Shown here: positions 18,977 through 29,301 of the stretch, one piece after another
Position numbering within the stretch: position 1 is the first letter of the stretch
Layout: the number at the start of each line of letters is the position of its first letter
Assembly (NCBI GenBank): GCA_014239655.1
Contig: JAAZYM010000078.1
Coordinates: forward strand, 39,564-103,563
Direction: 5' to 3'
DNA length: 64,000 nt
Origin: Flavobacteriales bacterium
GTDB lineage: Bacteria; Bacteroidota; Bacteroidia; Flavobacteriales; BACL11
Notes under the pieces: generated by a model
The model's database searches: none
Told to the model about the DNA's origin: nothing
Seen by the model: the letters and a program-made list of their open reading frames with translations, nothing else
Made by a program: the position numbers and the translations under genes

Positions 18977-20284
18977 ATGACTACTTTTAAAGTTAAAGGA
19001 GGACACAAGCTTAATGGTGAAATTTATCCACAAGGAGCAAAAAATGAGGCTCTCCAAGTCTTATGTGCCGTTCTTTTAACATCTGAAGAAGTTACTATTG
19101 ATAATGTTCCAAATATTAGGGATGTAAATGTCTTAATTGATCTTCTAAGAGATCTACAAGTTGAAGTAAAGGAAATCTCCAAAAACAAATACAGCTTCCA
19201 ATCTAACAATATAAACGTAGATTATCTATCTAGTGAAGAATATAAAAAGAAAAGTAGTTCAATTAGAGGTTCTATTATGATGATTGGACCTCTATTAGCT
19301 AGATATGGAAGAGGTTTTATTCCAAGACCTGGTGGAGATAAAATTGGGAGAAGAAGACTAGATACTCATTTTAATGGATTCGAAAAGCTTGGCGCTCATT
19401 TTGAGTATGATAGTAAAGAAGAATATTATAGAGTTTCTGCCAAAGAATTAAAAGGGACATATATGCTCTTAGATGAAGCATCTGTAACAGGAACAGCAAA
19501 TATTATTATGACTGCTGTTCTGGCTTCTGGAAAAACAACTATTTATAATGCTGCATGTGAGCCTTATTTGCAACAATTATGCAAAATGCTTAATAGTATG
19601 GGGGCTAAGATTACTGGAGTGGGGTCTAATCTAATTAATATTGAAGGGGTAGAGAATTTATCAGGATGTACTCATAAAATACTTCCCGATATGATTGAAA
19701 TTGGAAGTTTCATTGGTTTAGCTGCAATCACAAAATCTGAGATTACAATTAAAAATGTGTCTTACGAGAACCTTGGCATCATTCCTTCAGTTTTTAAAAA
19801 ACTAGGGATTAAACTTGAAAGAAAAGGTGACGACATCTATATTCCTTCTCAGGAAAATTATACTGTTGAAAATTTTATTGATGGCTCAATCCTTACTATT
19901 TCTGATGCTCCTTGGCCAGGTTTTACCCCTGATTTGTTAAGTATAATATTAGTTGTTGCCTCACAAGCTAATGGCAGTGTACTCATTCATCAAAAAATGT
20001 TTGAATCAAGACTATTTTTTGTTGATAAACTAATTGATATGGGAGCGCAAATCATCTTATGTGACCCTCATAGAGCTACAGTTATTGGATTAAATCAAAA
20101 TTCAAAATTCAAGGCAACAACAATGGTTTCTCCAGATATTAGAGCTGGAGTATCTCTATTAATTGCAGCTCTAGCAGCAGATGGAGAAAGTACAATTCAT
20201 AATGTTGAACAAATTGATAGAGGATATCAAAATATTGACTCTAGATTAAATGCTTTAGGAGCAAAAATTACAAGAACAAACTAA
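18977..20284 (+). CDS. murA: UDP-N-acetylglucosamine 1-carboxyvinyltransferase
   Basis: GAKNE, PGGDKIGRR (Asp at the catalytic Cys position), SVTGTAN, PWPGF and DIRAG motifs. Confidence 0.98.
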   Translation: MTTFKVKGGHKLNGEIYPQGAKNEALQVLCAVLLTSEEVTIDNVPNIRDVNVLIDLLRDLQVEVKEISKNKYSFQSNNINVDYLSSEEYKKKSSSIRGSIMMIGPLLARYGRGFIPRPGGDKIGRRRLDTHFNGFEKLGAHFEYDSKEEYYRVSAKELKGTYMLLDEASVTGTANIIMTAVLASGKTTIYNAACEPYLQQLCKMLNSMGAKITGVGSNLINIEGVENLSGCTHKILPDMIEIGSFIGLAAITKSEITIKNVSYENLGIIPSVFKKLGIKLERKGDDIYIPSQENYTVENFIDGSILTISDAPWPGFTPDLLSIILVVASQANGSVLIHQKMFESRLFFVDKLIDMGAQIILCDPHRATVIGLNQNSKFKATTMVSPDIRAGVSLLIAALAADGESTIHNVEQIDRGYQNIDSRLNALGAKITRTN

Positions 20285-20291
20285 ATCAGAA

Positions 20292-20804
20292 ATGACCAGA
20301 TTAAATACTCTTGTTATAATTAGTCTCCTTTTTTCTAATATAATTTTCTCTCAAGAGCCAGGAATAGAGATTGGAGATAAAGCTATTGAGCTATCATATA
20401 ACAACCCAAATGGTGAAGAAATGAATTTATCTGATATTAAAAATAAATTAGTCCTTATTGACTTCTGGGCATCTTGGTGTGGTCCGTGTAGAAGAGAAAA
20501 CCCTAATCTAGTAGATGCATATAAAAAATATCATAAAACTAAATTTAAAGATGGAAAAGGATTTGAAATCTATAGCTTGTCGCTTGATAAGAGTGAAACT
20601 GCCTGGATTAAAGCTATCGGTCAAGATCAATTATTCTGGGAATATCATGTTTCAGATCTTGGAGGATGGCAATCGGAAGGCTCTCAAAAATATAATATTA
20701 GAAGCATTCCCTCAAATGTCTTAATTAATGGAAAAGGAATAATAATTGCTAAGAACCTAAAAGGCCAAGCTCTACATAGGTTTTTAGATTCTCAAAAAAA
20801 ATAA
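20292..20804 (+). CDS. TlpA-family thiol-disulfide reductase
   Basis: Signal peptide and LIDFWASWCGPCRRENP. Confidence 0.93.
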   Translation: MTRLNTLVIISLLFSNIIFSQEPGIEIGDKAIELSYNNPNGEEMNLSDIKNKLVLIDFWASWCGPCRRENPNLVDAYKKYHKTKFKDGKGFEIYSLSLDKSETAWIKAIGQDQLFWEYHVSDLGGWQSEGSQKYNIRSIPSNVLINGKGIIIAKNLKGQALHRFLDSQKK

Positions 20805-20876
20805 CTGCCAAATTGTCTCTAAATCATTCTCTGGCAAAGTTTTTGCATTAATATGTTTTATAAATTATAAACTGAT

Positions 20877-21365
20877 ATGACTGCTAAAAAAAATTCTACA
20901 AAAAAGAAGACTACAAAAAATCAAAAAGAGAAAACTGTTAGTATAAAAGAACAGTTACTAATAGAGAAAGATAAAAATCTAAGATTATTTGCTGAATTTG
21001 ACAATTTTAGAAAAAGAACAGCTAAAGAAAGAATTGAACTTTTTAGCACAGCTAGTCAAGACATTATGACTTCTTTACTGCCAATACTTGATAATTTTGA
21101 AAGATCTTTCAAAGTGAACCAACCGAAAGAAGATGATGGTATATTATTAATATATAATCAATTTAAAGCAGAACTAGAAAAAAAAGGACTAAAAGAGATT
21201 GAAAATCCTATTGGAAAAACATTAGATACAGATTTTCATGAAGCGATAACAAATATACCAACTGAAAATGAAGAAGATAAGGGAAAAATTGTTGATGTAA
21301 TTGAAAAAGGATACCTACTTTCTAGTAAGGTTCTAAGATATACAAAAGTAGTTGTAGCAAATTAA
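20877..21365 (+). CDS. grpE: Nucleotide exchange factor GrpE
   Basis: RLFAEFDNFRKR, LLPILD, FHEAI and KGY motifs. Confidence 0.96.
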   Translation: MTAKKNSTKKKTTKNQKEKTVSIKEQLLIEKDKNLRLFAEFDNFRKRTAKERIELFSTASQDIMTSLLPILDNFERSFKVNQPKEDDGILLIYNQFKAELEKKGLKEIENPIGKTLDTDFHEAITNIPTENEEDKGKIVDVIEKGYLLSSKVLRYTKVVVAN

Positions 21366-21378
21366 ATTAACTAATTAA

Positions 21379-22485
21379 ATGGCAAAGAGAGATTATTATG
21401 ATGTTTTAGGGGTTAGTAAGAGTGCTGACAATAAAGATATTAAGAAAGCATATAGAAAAATTGCTATTAAATATCATCCTGATAAAAATCCTGGAGATAA
21501 ACAAGCAGAAGATAAATTTAAAGAAGCGGCTGAAGCTTACGAGGTATTAAGTAATAGTGAAAAAAGACAACAATATGATCAATTTGGTCATGCCGGAATG
21601 AGAGGTTCTGCAGGTGGATTTGGAGGCGGAATGAATATGGATGACATATTTAGCCAATTCGGTGATATCTTTGGTGGAGGATTTGGAGGATTTGGTGGAG
21701 GAAGAGGAGGAAGAAGAGTAATAAAAGGATCTAACCTAAGAATTAGACTCTCACTAAATCTAAAAGAAATTCTTGAGGGAGTAGATAAAAAAATTAAGGT
21801 TACTAGATTAGTTAATGCTGAAGGAGTAACATATGATACTTGCTCTACTTGTCAAGGTACAGGTCAAGTTACCCGGATCAGCAATACTATTCTAGGACAA
21901 ATGCAAACATCCAGCACATGTCAATCCTGTAATGGAGCCGGAAAATCAATTAAAGATCGCCCTAGTGGTAGTGATCCAAATGGTATGATTAAAGAGCAAG
22001 AAACCGTTAAAATTACCATCCCTGAAGGAGTTGAAGATGAAATGCAACTAAAAGTAAGCGGTAAAGGAAATGCTGCTCCTTTTGATGGTATAAATGGTGA
22101 TTTACTAGTTCTGATTAATGTTGAAGAACATGAATCGTTGATTAGAGATGGGAAAAATCTTCATTATGATCATTATATCAGCTTTGCTGATGCTGCACTA
22201 GGAGCATCTACTCAAATCCCTACAATAACAGGAAAAGTAAAAATTAAAATAGAAAAAGGAATCCAAAGTGGTAAAATCTTAAGATTAAAATCTCAAGGGT
22301 TACCATCATTAAATAGTTATGGAAAAGGAGATTTACTTGTACATATAAATGTATGGACACCTCAAAAAATCAGCCCAAAAGAAAAAAAGTTCTTTGAAGA
22401 AGCTCAATCGTCCAAGAACTTCCAACCACAACCTTCAGAAAATGATAAATCTTTCTTTGATCGTGTTAAAGAGATGTTTGGCTAA
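21379..22485 (+). CDS. dnaJ: Chaperone DnaJ
   Basis: J-domain with HPD, G/F-rich region and two CxxCxGxG repeats. Confidence 0.97.
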   Translation: MAKRDYYDVLGVSKSADNKDIKKAYRKIAIKYHPDKNPGDKQAEDKFKEAAEAYEVLSNSEKRQQYDQFGHAGMRGSAGGFGGGMNMDDIFSQFGDIFGGGFGGFGGGRGGRRVIKGSNLRIRLSLNLKEILEGVDKKIKVTRLVNAEGVTYDTCSTCQGTGQVTRISNTILGQMQTSSTCQSCNGAGKSIKDRPSGSDPNGMIKEQETVKITIPEGVEDEMQLKVSGKGNAAPFDGINGDLLVLINVEEHESLIRDGKNLHYDHYISFADAALGASTQIPTITGKVKIKIEKGIQSGKILRLKSQGLPSLNSYGKGDLLVHINVWTPQKISPKEKKFFEEAQSSKNFQPQPSENDKSFFDRVKEMFG

Positions 22486-23382
22486 ATGAAAGATATTTTG
22501 CTTTCTGTAGAAGATGTTGTAAAAAATTACGGTGATTATACGGCACTGGACAAAGTAAATATATCTGTACCTAAATCAAGTATCTATGGCCTTCTAGGGC
22601 CAAATGGAGCCGGAAAAACAACATTAATGAGGATTATTAATCAGATAACTGCTCCTGATCAAGGGAGAATAGTATTTCATAATGAATTGTTAAATAAAAA
22701 ACATATTAAAGACATTGGTTACCTTCCAGAAGAGAGAGGGCTATATAAAAAGATGAAAGTCGGTGAACAAGCTCTTTATTTAGCACAATTAAAAGGAATG
22801 CCATATAAGCAAGCAATAGAAAAACTTAAGTTTTGGTTTGAGAAACTAGAGATAACCCACTGGTGGTCAAAAAGAGTTGAAGAATTATCAAAAGGAATGG
22901 CTCAAAAAATTCAATTTGTCGTTACAGTAATTCATCAGCCAAAATTATTAATATTTGATGAGCCTTTTAGTGGCTTTGATCCTATTAATGCAGCTATAAT
23001 TAGAGAAGAAATCCTACAATTAAGAGAAAATGGGACTACAATAATATTTTCTACACACAGAATGGAATCAGTAGAAGAGATTTGTGATCACATAGCTCTC
23101 ATTAATAATGCTAAAACTATTCTAGAGGGCCCGATAGATAAAATAAAAAATGACTTTCAAACCGAAACATATGAAGTTGTTTTATCTAGAGGTAAGTTAA
23201 CAGGAAATAATCAATTCTCAATAATCTCAGAAAATAATAATATTTATAAGATTAAACTAAATACGGGATGCTCATCAAGTCATCTTTTAGAATCTATAAC
23301 TAAAGAACATGAAATAATTTCATTTAAAAAAGATTTTCCAAGTGTGGAAGATATTTTTATTAAATCTATTAATAATGAATAA
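22486..23382 (+). CDS. ABC transporter ATP-binding protein (NatA/YhaQ-like)
   Basis: GPNGAGKTT, LSKGMAQK, FDEPFSG and STH motifs. Confidence 0.95.
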   Translation: MKDILLSVEDVVKNYGDYTALDKVNISVPKSSIYGLLGPNGAGKTTLMRIINQITAPDQGRIVFHNELLNKKHIKDIGYLPEERGLYKKMKVGEQALYLAQLKGMPYKQAIEKLKFWFEKLEITHWWSKRVEELSKGMAQKIQFVVTVIHQPKLLIFDEPFSGFDPINAAIIREEILQLRENGTTIIFSTHRMESVEEICDHIALINNAKTILEGPIDKIKNDFQTETYEVVLSRGKLTGNNQFSIISENNNIYKIKLNTGCSSSHLLESITKEHEIISFKKDFPSVEDIFIKSINNE

Positions 23383-24640
23383 GATTTTTCTAATTATTAG
23401 AAGAGAATACCTTGTTAGGGTAAAAAAGAAATCGTTCATTGTAATGACAATTTTAGCACCGATTTTAATGGTTGGATTAATCTTAGCTCCAGTATTTCTC
23501 GCGAATCAAGATCAAGAAAAAAAATTAATTGCTATTGTTAGTGATGATGAAAAATTTACTGATGGTATTATTGATGAAGAATTATTACATTTTACTTCAA
23601 TTGATCAAAGTGAGTCAAAAAACTACAAGTTAAACCTTTCTGATTCACCTTATTATGCACTCTTAGAAATAGAAGAAGATACAATATCTCTTTATTCATT
23701 TCAACAAATCAGTATAACTGTTAGAAATTCTATTGAAAATCAAATAGAAAAAATAATTGAAACCGATAATTTAAAGCAAGCGGGCATAGATATTGAAGTA
23801 ATTGAAAATGCGAAAACTATAATCAATATTGAAACAAAAATAATTGATAATGAAGGCCTAGAAACTTCAGCAAATACTGAAGCAAGTATTGGTATAGGGT
23901 TTCTAACCGGACTATTAATCTACATGTTTATTTTTATGTATGGAACAATGGTTATGAGAGGTGTTATTGAAGAAAAAACAAACCGAATAGTAGAAATAAT
24001 AATCTCTTCTGTAAAGCCTTTTCAATTAATGATGGGAAAAATTATTGGGATTGCTCTTGTAGGATTAACTCAATTTATTTTATGGATTATATTAACACTT
24101 TTAATTTCAACATTTGCGGAATTATTTATAATCAGTCCTCAAGAATTAACAGAAGCAACAAATACAACAAATCATTCTGTGCTCTTAAGTGAGTTAAATA
24201 GATTAACTGGAGGAATAAATTTACTTAGAATTTTTGTTTCTTTTCTGTTTTTCTTTCTTTTTGGATACCTCATGTATAGTTCATTATTTGCAGCAGTTGG
24301 ATCTGCAGTTGATGCTGAAGCTGACACACAACAGTTTATGCTACCAATAACCATACCTTTAATCTTATCATTTATCTTAATTCAACCAGTAATGGATAAT
24401 CCTGATGGAGCATTAGCCTTTTGGCTTTCAATTATTCCATTAACTTCACCAATAATCATGATGGTAAGACTCCCATTTGGAGTTGAGTTATGGGAACTTG
24501 GTTTATCAATGATCCTCTTAGTTATAGGTTTTATTACAACAACATATTTAGCCGCTAAAATTTATAGAACCGGAATACTAATGTATGGTAAGAAAATAAG
24601 CTATAAAGAACTCTGGAAATGGCTCTCATATAAGGGTTAA
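23375..24640 (+). CDS. ABC-2 type permease (NatB/YhaP-like)
   Basis: REY..RVKKKSF, GVIEEKTNRIVE and GKIIG motifs; ATG at 23375 overlaps the ATPase stop region. Confidence 0.92.
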   Translation: MNKIFLIIRREYLVRVKKKSFIVMTILAPILMVGLILAPVFLANQDQEKKLIAIVSDDEKFTDGIIDEELLHFTSIDQSESKNYKLNLSDSPYYALLEIEEDTISLYSFQQISITVRNSIENQIEKIIETDNLKQAGIDIEVIENAKTIINIETKIIDNEGLETSANTEASIGIGFLTGLLIYMFIFMYGTMVMRGVIEEKTNRIVEIIISSVKPFQLMMGKIIGIALVGLTQFILWIILTLLISTFAELFIISPQELTEATNTTNHSVLLSELNRLTGGINLLRIFVSFLFFFLFGYLMYSSLFAAVGSAVDAEADTQQFMLPITIPLILSFILIQPVMDNPDGALAFWLSIIPLTSPIIMMVRLPFGVELWELGLSMILLVIGFITTTYLAAKIYRTGILMYGKKISYKELWKWLSYKG

Positions 24641-24817
24641 TTAGCTCATTTTTGACTGAAAAACAGTACTTTTTAGTAAATTCTTATAAAAAACAAGCCC
24701 TTTTTACTAAAAAAATTAACACCTTAAAATATTGATTAACAATAAGTTAACAGCGATACACACAATTTAATGTTAAAAAAGTGAGTATTCTATTATGCTA
24801 GTTTAAATAGAGTAGTT

Positions 24818-24825
24818 TATCTTTG
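24818..24825 (+). promoter_or_regulatory. Bacteroidota -7 promoter element TATCTTTG
   Basis: Matches TAnnTTTG, 28 nt before the porin ATG. Confidence 0.7.
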
Positions 24826-24853
24826 TCGCGTATTAACTAATAAATTATATAAC

Positions 24854-25963
24854 ATGAAAAAGAATTTACGAAACATATTAGCCCTTGCATTAGGTCTAAT
24901 GACAACTGTATCTTTTGCTCAGGACTGGAATGTAGATTCTAGAACTAGAATAGATATGAGTGGTGATGCAGACTACCAACAAGGTGCTCAAAGAGCTACT
25001 CTTGGTGCTACTTGGGGTGGTTCTGACTGGGGTATTCACCTTAGTACAGATGTACACTACACAATAAATGATGCTGATGAAGCTGCACTTCCTGCACTTT
25101 CAGTATATGAAGTATATGCTTCTACTAATCTATTTGGATTTGCTGATATGACTATTGGTCGTCAAGCATTAGAGTATGGATCAGGTACGTTCCTTGCTAA
25201 AAATGATTGGGCAGATGGTACTAATAGTACTAGAAACTGTGTAGATGGTATGACTTTTGCTATTGACAATGACTTTGTAGGTTTAGACTTAGGTCTAGCT
25301 CAGAGAGATAATGGTGATGGTTCAGACATGATAGATGCAATGTGGTTAAATGCTTCTAAGTCTTCTGGAGACTGGAGCGCTAACTTATTCTATGCTGACT
25401 ACTCAGTAAACGATATGGAAAATTGGGGTGGCGTTGGAGTTGAAGCTAATGCAATGGGACTTGATTTTGCTTACTCTGCTATGGGTGGAGCACTAGATCT
25501 TAATGTTAGCTATAACACTAGTTCTGTTGGAGCTACTGGTTCTGAAGCTACTGAATATGACATGATGGACGTTTCTGGTACTTATACTGTAAATGATGAT
25601 ATGGCATTAACTGCTGGTAGAGCAACTTACGGTGAGAATGGATTTAGTGATGTAGTTGGATTAGGTAACTCTGGAAACGGAGCTAGCTCATGGACAACTC
25701 ACGGTAATATTGGTCACTTAGGAGCTGATCAAGAAAACATGTATATTGGTGGTACTTACAATATGGGTGCTTTCTCTTTAGCAGCTACTATGCATACAGT
25801 AACTGAGACTGATAATGACGACTACGAAAGAAAAGCTACTGAAGTATCTGTAGGTTATTCTTTAGGAGATAACGCTTCATTATCATACAAATTAGTATCT
25901 GACAACAATGGAGGAGATGAAGATACTAATTACAACTGGTTAACTTTAACTATTACTCCGTAA
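24854..25963 (+). CDS. Outer membrane porin-like beta-barrel (alginate-export/AlgE-like motifs)
   Basis: Signal peptide; YEVY, IGRQALEYG...NDW and R..DG motifs; alternating beta-strand pattern; acidic loops. Confidence 0.7.
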   Translation: MKKNLRNILALALGLMTTVSFAQDWNVDSRTRIDMSGDADYQQGAQRATLGATWGGSDWGIHLSTDVHYTINDADEAALPALSVYEVYASTNLFGFADMTIGRQALEYGSGTFLAKNDWADGTNSTRNCVDGMTFAIDNDFVGLDLGLAQRDNGDGSDMIDAMWLNASKSSGDWSANLFYADYSVNDMENWGGVGVEANAMGLDFAYSAMGGALDLNVSYNTSSVGATGSEATEYDMMDVSGTYTVNDDMALTAGRATYGENGFSDVVGLGNSGNGASSWTTHGNIGHLGADQENMYIGGTYNMGAFSLAATMHTVTETDNDDYERKATEVSVGYSLGDNASLSYKLVSDNNGGDEDTNYNWLTLTITP

Positions 25964-25981
25964 TTAGTTAATAAATCTTAT

Positions 25982-26013
25982 AAAAAAGAGTTGCAATTGC
26001 AACTCTTTTTTTT
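25982..26013 (+). terminator. Intrinsic terminator
   Basis: aaaaaagagttgc-aatt-gcaactctttttttt perfect inverted repeat with U tract. Confidence 0.9.
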
Positions 26014-26124
26014 GCTCTATATCTAGCAATTAACAATAAGGTGTTAAGAAAACATATAAGATTAATAGCTCAATGTAAATAGCTTTCTTATCTTGCGCCC
26101 AATATTAATATTAAATTTTAAACA

Positions 26125-26553
26125 ATGAAAAAAGTATTTTTTACAGCAGCACTTGCAATGACTACGTTATTTGCTTCTGCTCAATTCATGGTTGTAACTA
26201 CAGTTCAAGAGGCATCAGAAGAAACTGATGGGTTTGAAATGGAGCAAGTAACTGACAATATTGGTCTTGGTTACATGCTTAATGATCAGCTTACAGTTGG
26301 TATACAAAAAGCTGGTGAAGATGCCAACGGAGATGCTACATATAATATGTGGGCTCGTTATAACTTTGGAGATAATATGTGGGCTTTAGTTTCTGCGCCA
26401 TCTGAAGAGGCTAGTGATAATCTTTCTGTAGGTGTAGGTTATTCTCTAAATGTATGGAATGCATTATACGTTGAGCCTAGCTACACTATGTCTTTAGCTG
26501 ATGATAGTGATGATGAAGGAACACTTAACTTAGGATTAGCATATAGATTCTAA
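26125..26553 (+). CDS. Small outer membrane beta-barrel protein
   Basis: Signal peptide ending ASA-Q, about 8 amphipathic strands and C-terminal Bam signal LGLAYRF. Confidence 0.75.
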   Translation: MKKVFFTAALAMTTLFASAQFMVVTTVQEASEETDGFEMEQVTDNIGLGYMLNDQLTVGIQKAGEDANGDATYNMWARYNFGDNMWALVSAPSEEASDNLSVGVGYSLNVWNALYVEPSYTMSLADDSDDEGTLNLGLAYRF

Positions 26554-26573
26554 GATAAAAGTTGAAAAACCAT

Positions 26574-26602
26574 AAAAAAACCACCTTAGAGGTGGTTTTT
26601 TT
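26574..26602. terminator. Bidirectional intrinsic terminator between the small OMP and alaS
   Basis: aaaaaaaccacct-tag-aggtggttttttt between convergent genes. Confidence 0.9.
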
Positions 26603-26612
26603 ATATCTGTAT

Positions 26613-29207
26613 TTATTTAGAAAATAATTCTTTAGCTTTTTCCAAAGCTTTAGAAATTCCGCTTATATTAGAACCTCCAGCTGTTGCATAATTAGACTGA
26701 CCTCCTCCAGATCCCGAAATTTCTTTTGCAATATCATTAATATAAATAGTTGCATCAAGACCTTCTTTAACTAAATCATCTGATATTATGATGCTTATAA
26801 AAGCTTTATCATCTGATTGAGCTGCTAAAACAGCAATCACTCTATCTTGCTTTCTAAAATAAAAAGACATCTCTTTCATTAACTTTATATTAAAATCCAC
26901 CTTCTTATATATATAATTAACCCCCCCTAGAGGCTCTAAATCTTTAAGAAGCTTATTAGCAATAGCAGATAATGATTGTTTCTGCAAGACCTTAAGTTCT
27001 TTTTCTAAGCTTAAATTAGTATCCTTAAGCTTTGTGATTGAGGTAATTACATCCTTATTTTTTAATAATTTCTGAGCATCATATACTATCTCGTCTTGAT
27101 TGTTTAGATAATCTAAAGCAGCAAAACCAGTTATAGCCTCAATTCTTCTAATGCCAGAAGCCACAGATGTCTCGGTAGTAATTTTGAAAAGACCTATCTC
27201 ACCAGTAGAATTAACATGCGTACCTCCACATAGTTCTTTTGACTCATTAAACTGAATAAGTCGTACCCTATCTCCATATTTCTCTCCAAATAACATAAGA
27301 GCTCCTAATTTTTTAGCCTCTGATAATAAAATATTATTTTTTTCCATCAGCAAAATATTCTTAAGTATCTTACTATTAATGCTGCTTTCAATGTTTTTAA
27401 GTTGATCCTGATCAACACCAGTAAAATGCGAAAAATCAAAACGAAGATGTGTGGTAGCAACTAGAGATCCTTTCTGTACAACATGATCTCCTAAAACAGA
27501 TCTAAGCTGAGCGTGTAATAAGTGAGTGGCTGTATGATTTCTTGAAATAGCCTCTCTCCTATCTAAATCAATAGATGCTAAACAAGATAATGAAATATCA
27601 GAAGGTAACCTTTCAATAATATGATAAATTAAATTGTTTTCCTTCTTAGTGTCAATTACACGAATTTCCTCTTTATCAAAAGACAAGAGACCAGTATCAC
27701 CAATCTGTCCTCCTCCTTCAGGATAAAATGGAGTCTGATTAAGACAAATATGAAAAACATCTTTCTCTTTTATAGATACAGATCTATATCTAGAGATAAT
27801 TGTTTTAACTTCAAAGGAATCATACCCTATAAACTCTTCCTTACTGTCTTTTGAAATAATCTCCCATTCTCCAACAGTATTATCTGCAGATTCTTTTGAT
27901 CTATTTTGTTGTTTCTTCATTTCAGCTTCAAACTCATTCTCATCAAAATCTATGTTTTTTTCTTTCAATATAAGACGCGTTAGGTCTTTAGGAAACCCAT
28001 ACGTATCATAAAGCTCAAAAACCTGAGCACCAGAGATATTAGATTTAGCTGAAACAAAAACCTCTATTCTCTTTAACCCTCTATCTAATGTTCTAAGAAA
28101 AGATTCCTCCTCTTGTTTTATAACACTCCTTATTAATTCCTTTTGAGCGCTTAATTCACTATAATAATCTCCTAAACCTTGCTCTAAAACATCTACCAAT
28201 TGATAGATAAAAGGATGTTTTAAATCTAAAAAGGTATATGCATAGCGAATAGCTCTTCTTAATATTCTTCTAATAACATAGCCAGCTTTAATATTTGAAG
28301 GAAGCTGCCCGTCTGCTATAGAAAAAGCTACTGCCCTTACATGATCAGCAATAACACGCATTGCAATATCATCTTTCTCGTCCTTCCCATATTTCTTCTT
28401 AGATAAAGTGGATATTTCTTGTATTAATGGTTGAAAAAGATCTGTTTCATAATTAGACCTTACCTTCTGCATAATCATACATAAGCGTTCAAACCCCATT
28501 CCTGTATCAACATGCTGTGTTGGGAGTCTATCTAGGCCACCATCTTTTTTTCTATCATATTGGATAAAAACGAGATTCCATATCTCAATAACATCAGGGT
28601 GATCTTTATTTATCAGGTCTTTTCCTGGAATAAGTGAAATTTCATTCTCAGGTCTATTATCATAATGAATTTCTGTACAAGGACCACAAGGGCCTATATC
28701 TCCCATCTCCCAGAAATTATCTTTTTTATTACCAGTTACTATATTAGATTCTTCTAAATAATTCTTCCAAACATCTAATGATTCTGAATCCATATTAATA
28801 TCATCATCATCATCTCCCTTAAAGATTGATACATATAATCTTTCTTTATCTAGCTTACATTCTTTAGTAAGAAAATCCCATGCCAACGATATCGCCTTTT
28901 CTTTTGAATAATCTCCAAAAGACCAATTACCAAGCATTTCAAACATTGTATGATGATATGTATCATGCCCAACCTGTTCTAGGTCATTATGTTTTCCAGA
29001 AACTCTAATACATTTTTGAGAATTAGAAACGCGCTTGTCCTCTGGAGTGTCAATTCCTAGGAAAAAGTTTTTAAATTGATTCATTCCAGCATTAGTAAAC
29101 ATTAAGCTGGGATCGTTTTTCACCACAATAGGTGATGATCTTAATATTTTATGATCATTAGCTTTAAAAAACTCCAAAAATAATTTTCTTATTTTATTAG
29201 ATTTCAT
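26613..29207 (-). CDS. alaS: Alanine--tRNA ligase
   Basis: FTNAGMNQFK, HHTMFEMLGNWSFG, DTGMGFERL, editing HTATH and ELCGGTH motifs. Confidence 0.99.
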   Translation of the reverse strand: MKSNKIRKLFLEFFKANDHKILRSSPIVVKNDPSLMFTNAGMNQFKNFFLGIDTPEDKRVSNSQKCIRVSGKHNDLEQVGHDTYHHTMFEMLGNWSFGDYSKEKAISLAWDFLTKECKLDKERLYVSIFKGDDDDDINMDSESLDVWKNYLEESNIVTGNKKDNFWEMGDIGPCGPCTEIHYDNRPENEISLIPGKDLINKDHPDVIEIWNLVFIQYDRKKDGGLDRLPTQHVDTGMGFERLCMIMQKVRSNYETDLFQPLIQEISTLSKKKYGKDEKDDIAMRVIADHVRAVAFSIADGQLPSNIKAGYVIRRILRRAIRYAYTFLDLKHPFIYQLVDVLEQGLGDYYSELSAQKELIRSVIKQEEESFLRTLDRGLKRIEVFVSAKSNISGAQVFELYDTYGFPKDLTRLILKEKNIDFDENEFEAEMKKQQNRSKESADNTVGEWEIISKDSKEEFIGYDSFEVKTIISRYRSVSIKEKDVFHICLNQTPFYPEGGGQIGDTGLLSFDKEEIRVIDTKKENNLIYHIIERLPSDISLSCLASIDLDRREAISRNHTATHLLHAQLRSVLGDHVVQKGSLVATTHLRFDFSHFTGVDQDQLKNIESSINSKILKNILLMEKNNILLSEAKKLGALMLFGEKYGDRVRLIQFNESKELCGGTHVNSTGEIGLFKITTETSVASGIRRIEAITGFAALDYLNNQDEIVYDAQKLLKNKDVITSITKLKDTNLSLEKELKVLQKQSLSAIANKLLKDLEPLGGVNYIYKKVDFNIKLMKEMSFYFRKQDRVIAVLAAQSDDKAFISIIISDDLVKEGLDATIYINDIAKEISGSGGGQSNYATAGGSNISGISKALEKAKELFSK

Positions 29208-29301
29208 ACTAGAAAGATTTTAAAGTCTTATGGTTAACATCAATATTCTTTAATAGCTTATAATAGTGTAATATTACTAAATTTGCACTAATAATTTTAA
29301 T

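Noticed and set aside
18977-20284. MurA Cys-to-Asp substitution (fosfomycin-insensitive type)
   Set aside because: A common intrinsic feature of Bacteroidota MurA, not an acquired resistance trait.
21379-22485. DnaJ with only two CxxCxGxG repeats, and grpE-dnaJ without dnaK
   Set aside because: To my knowledge both are usual in Flavobacteriales; the reading frame is intact.
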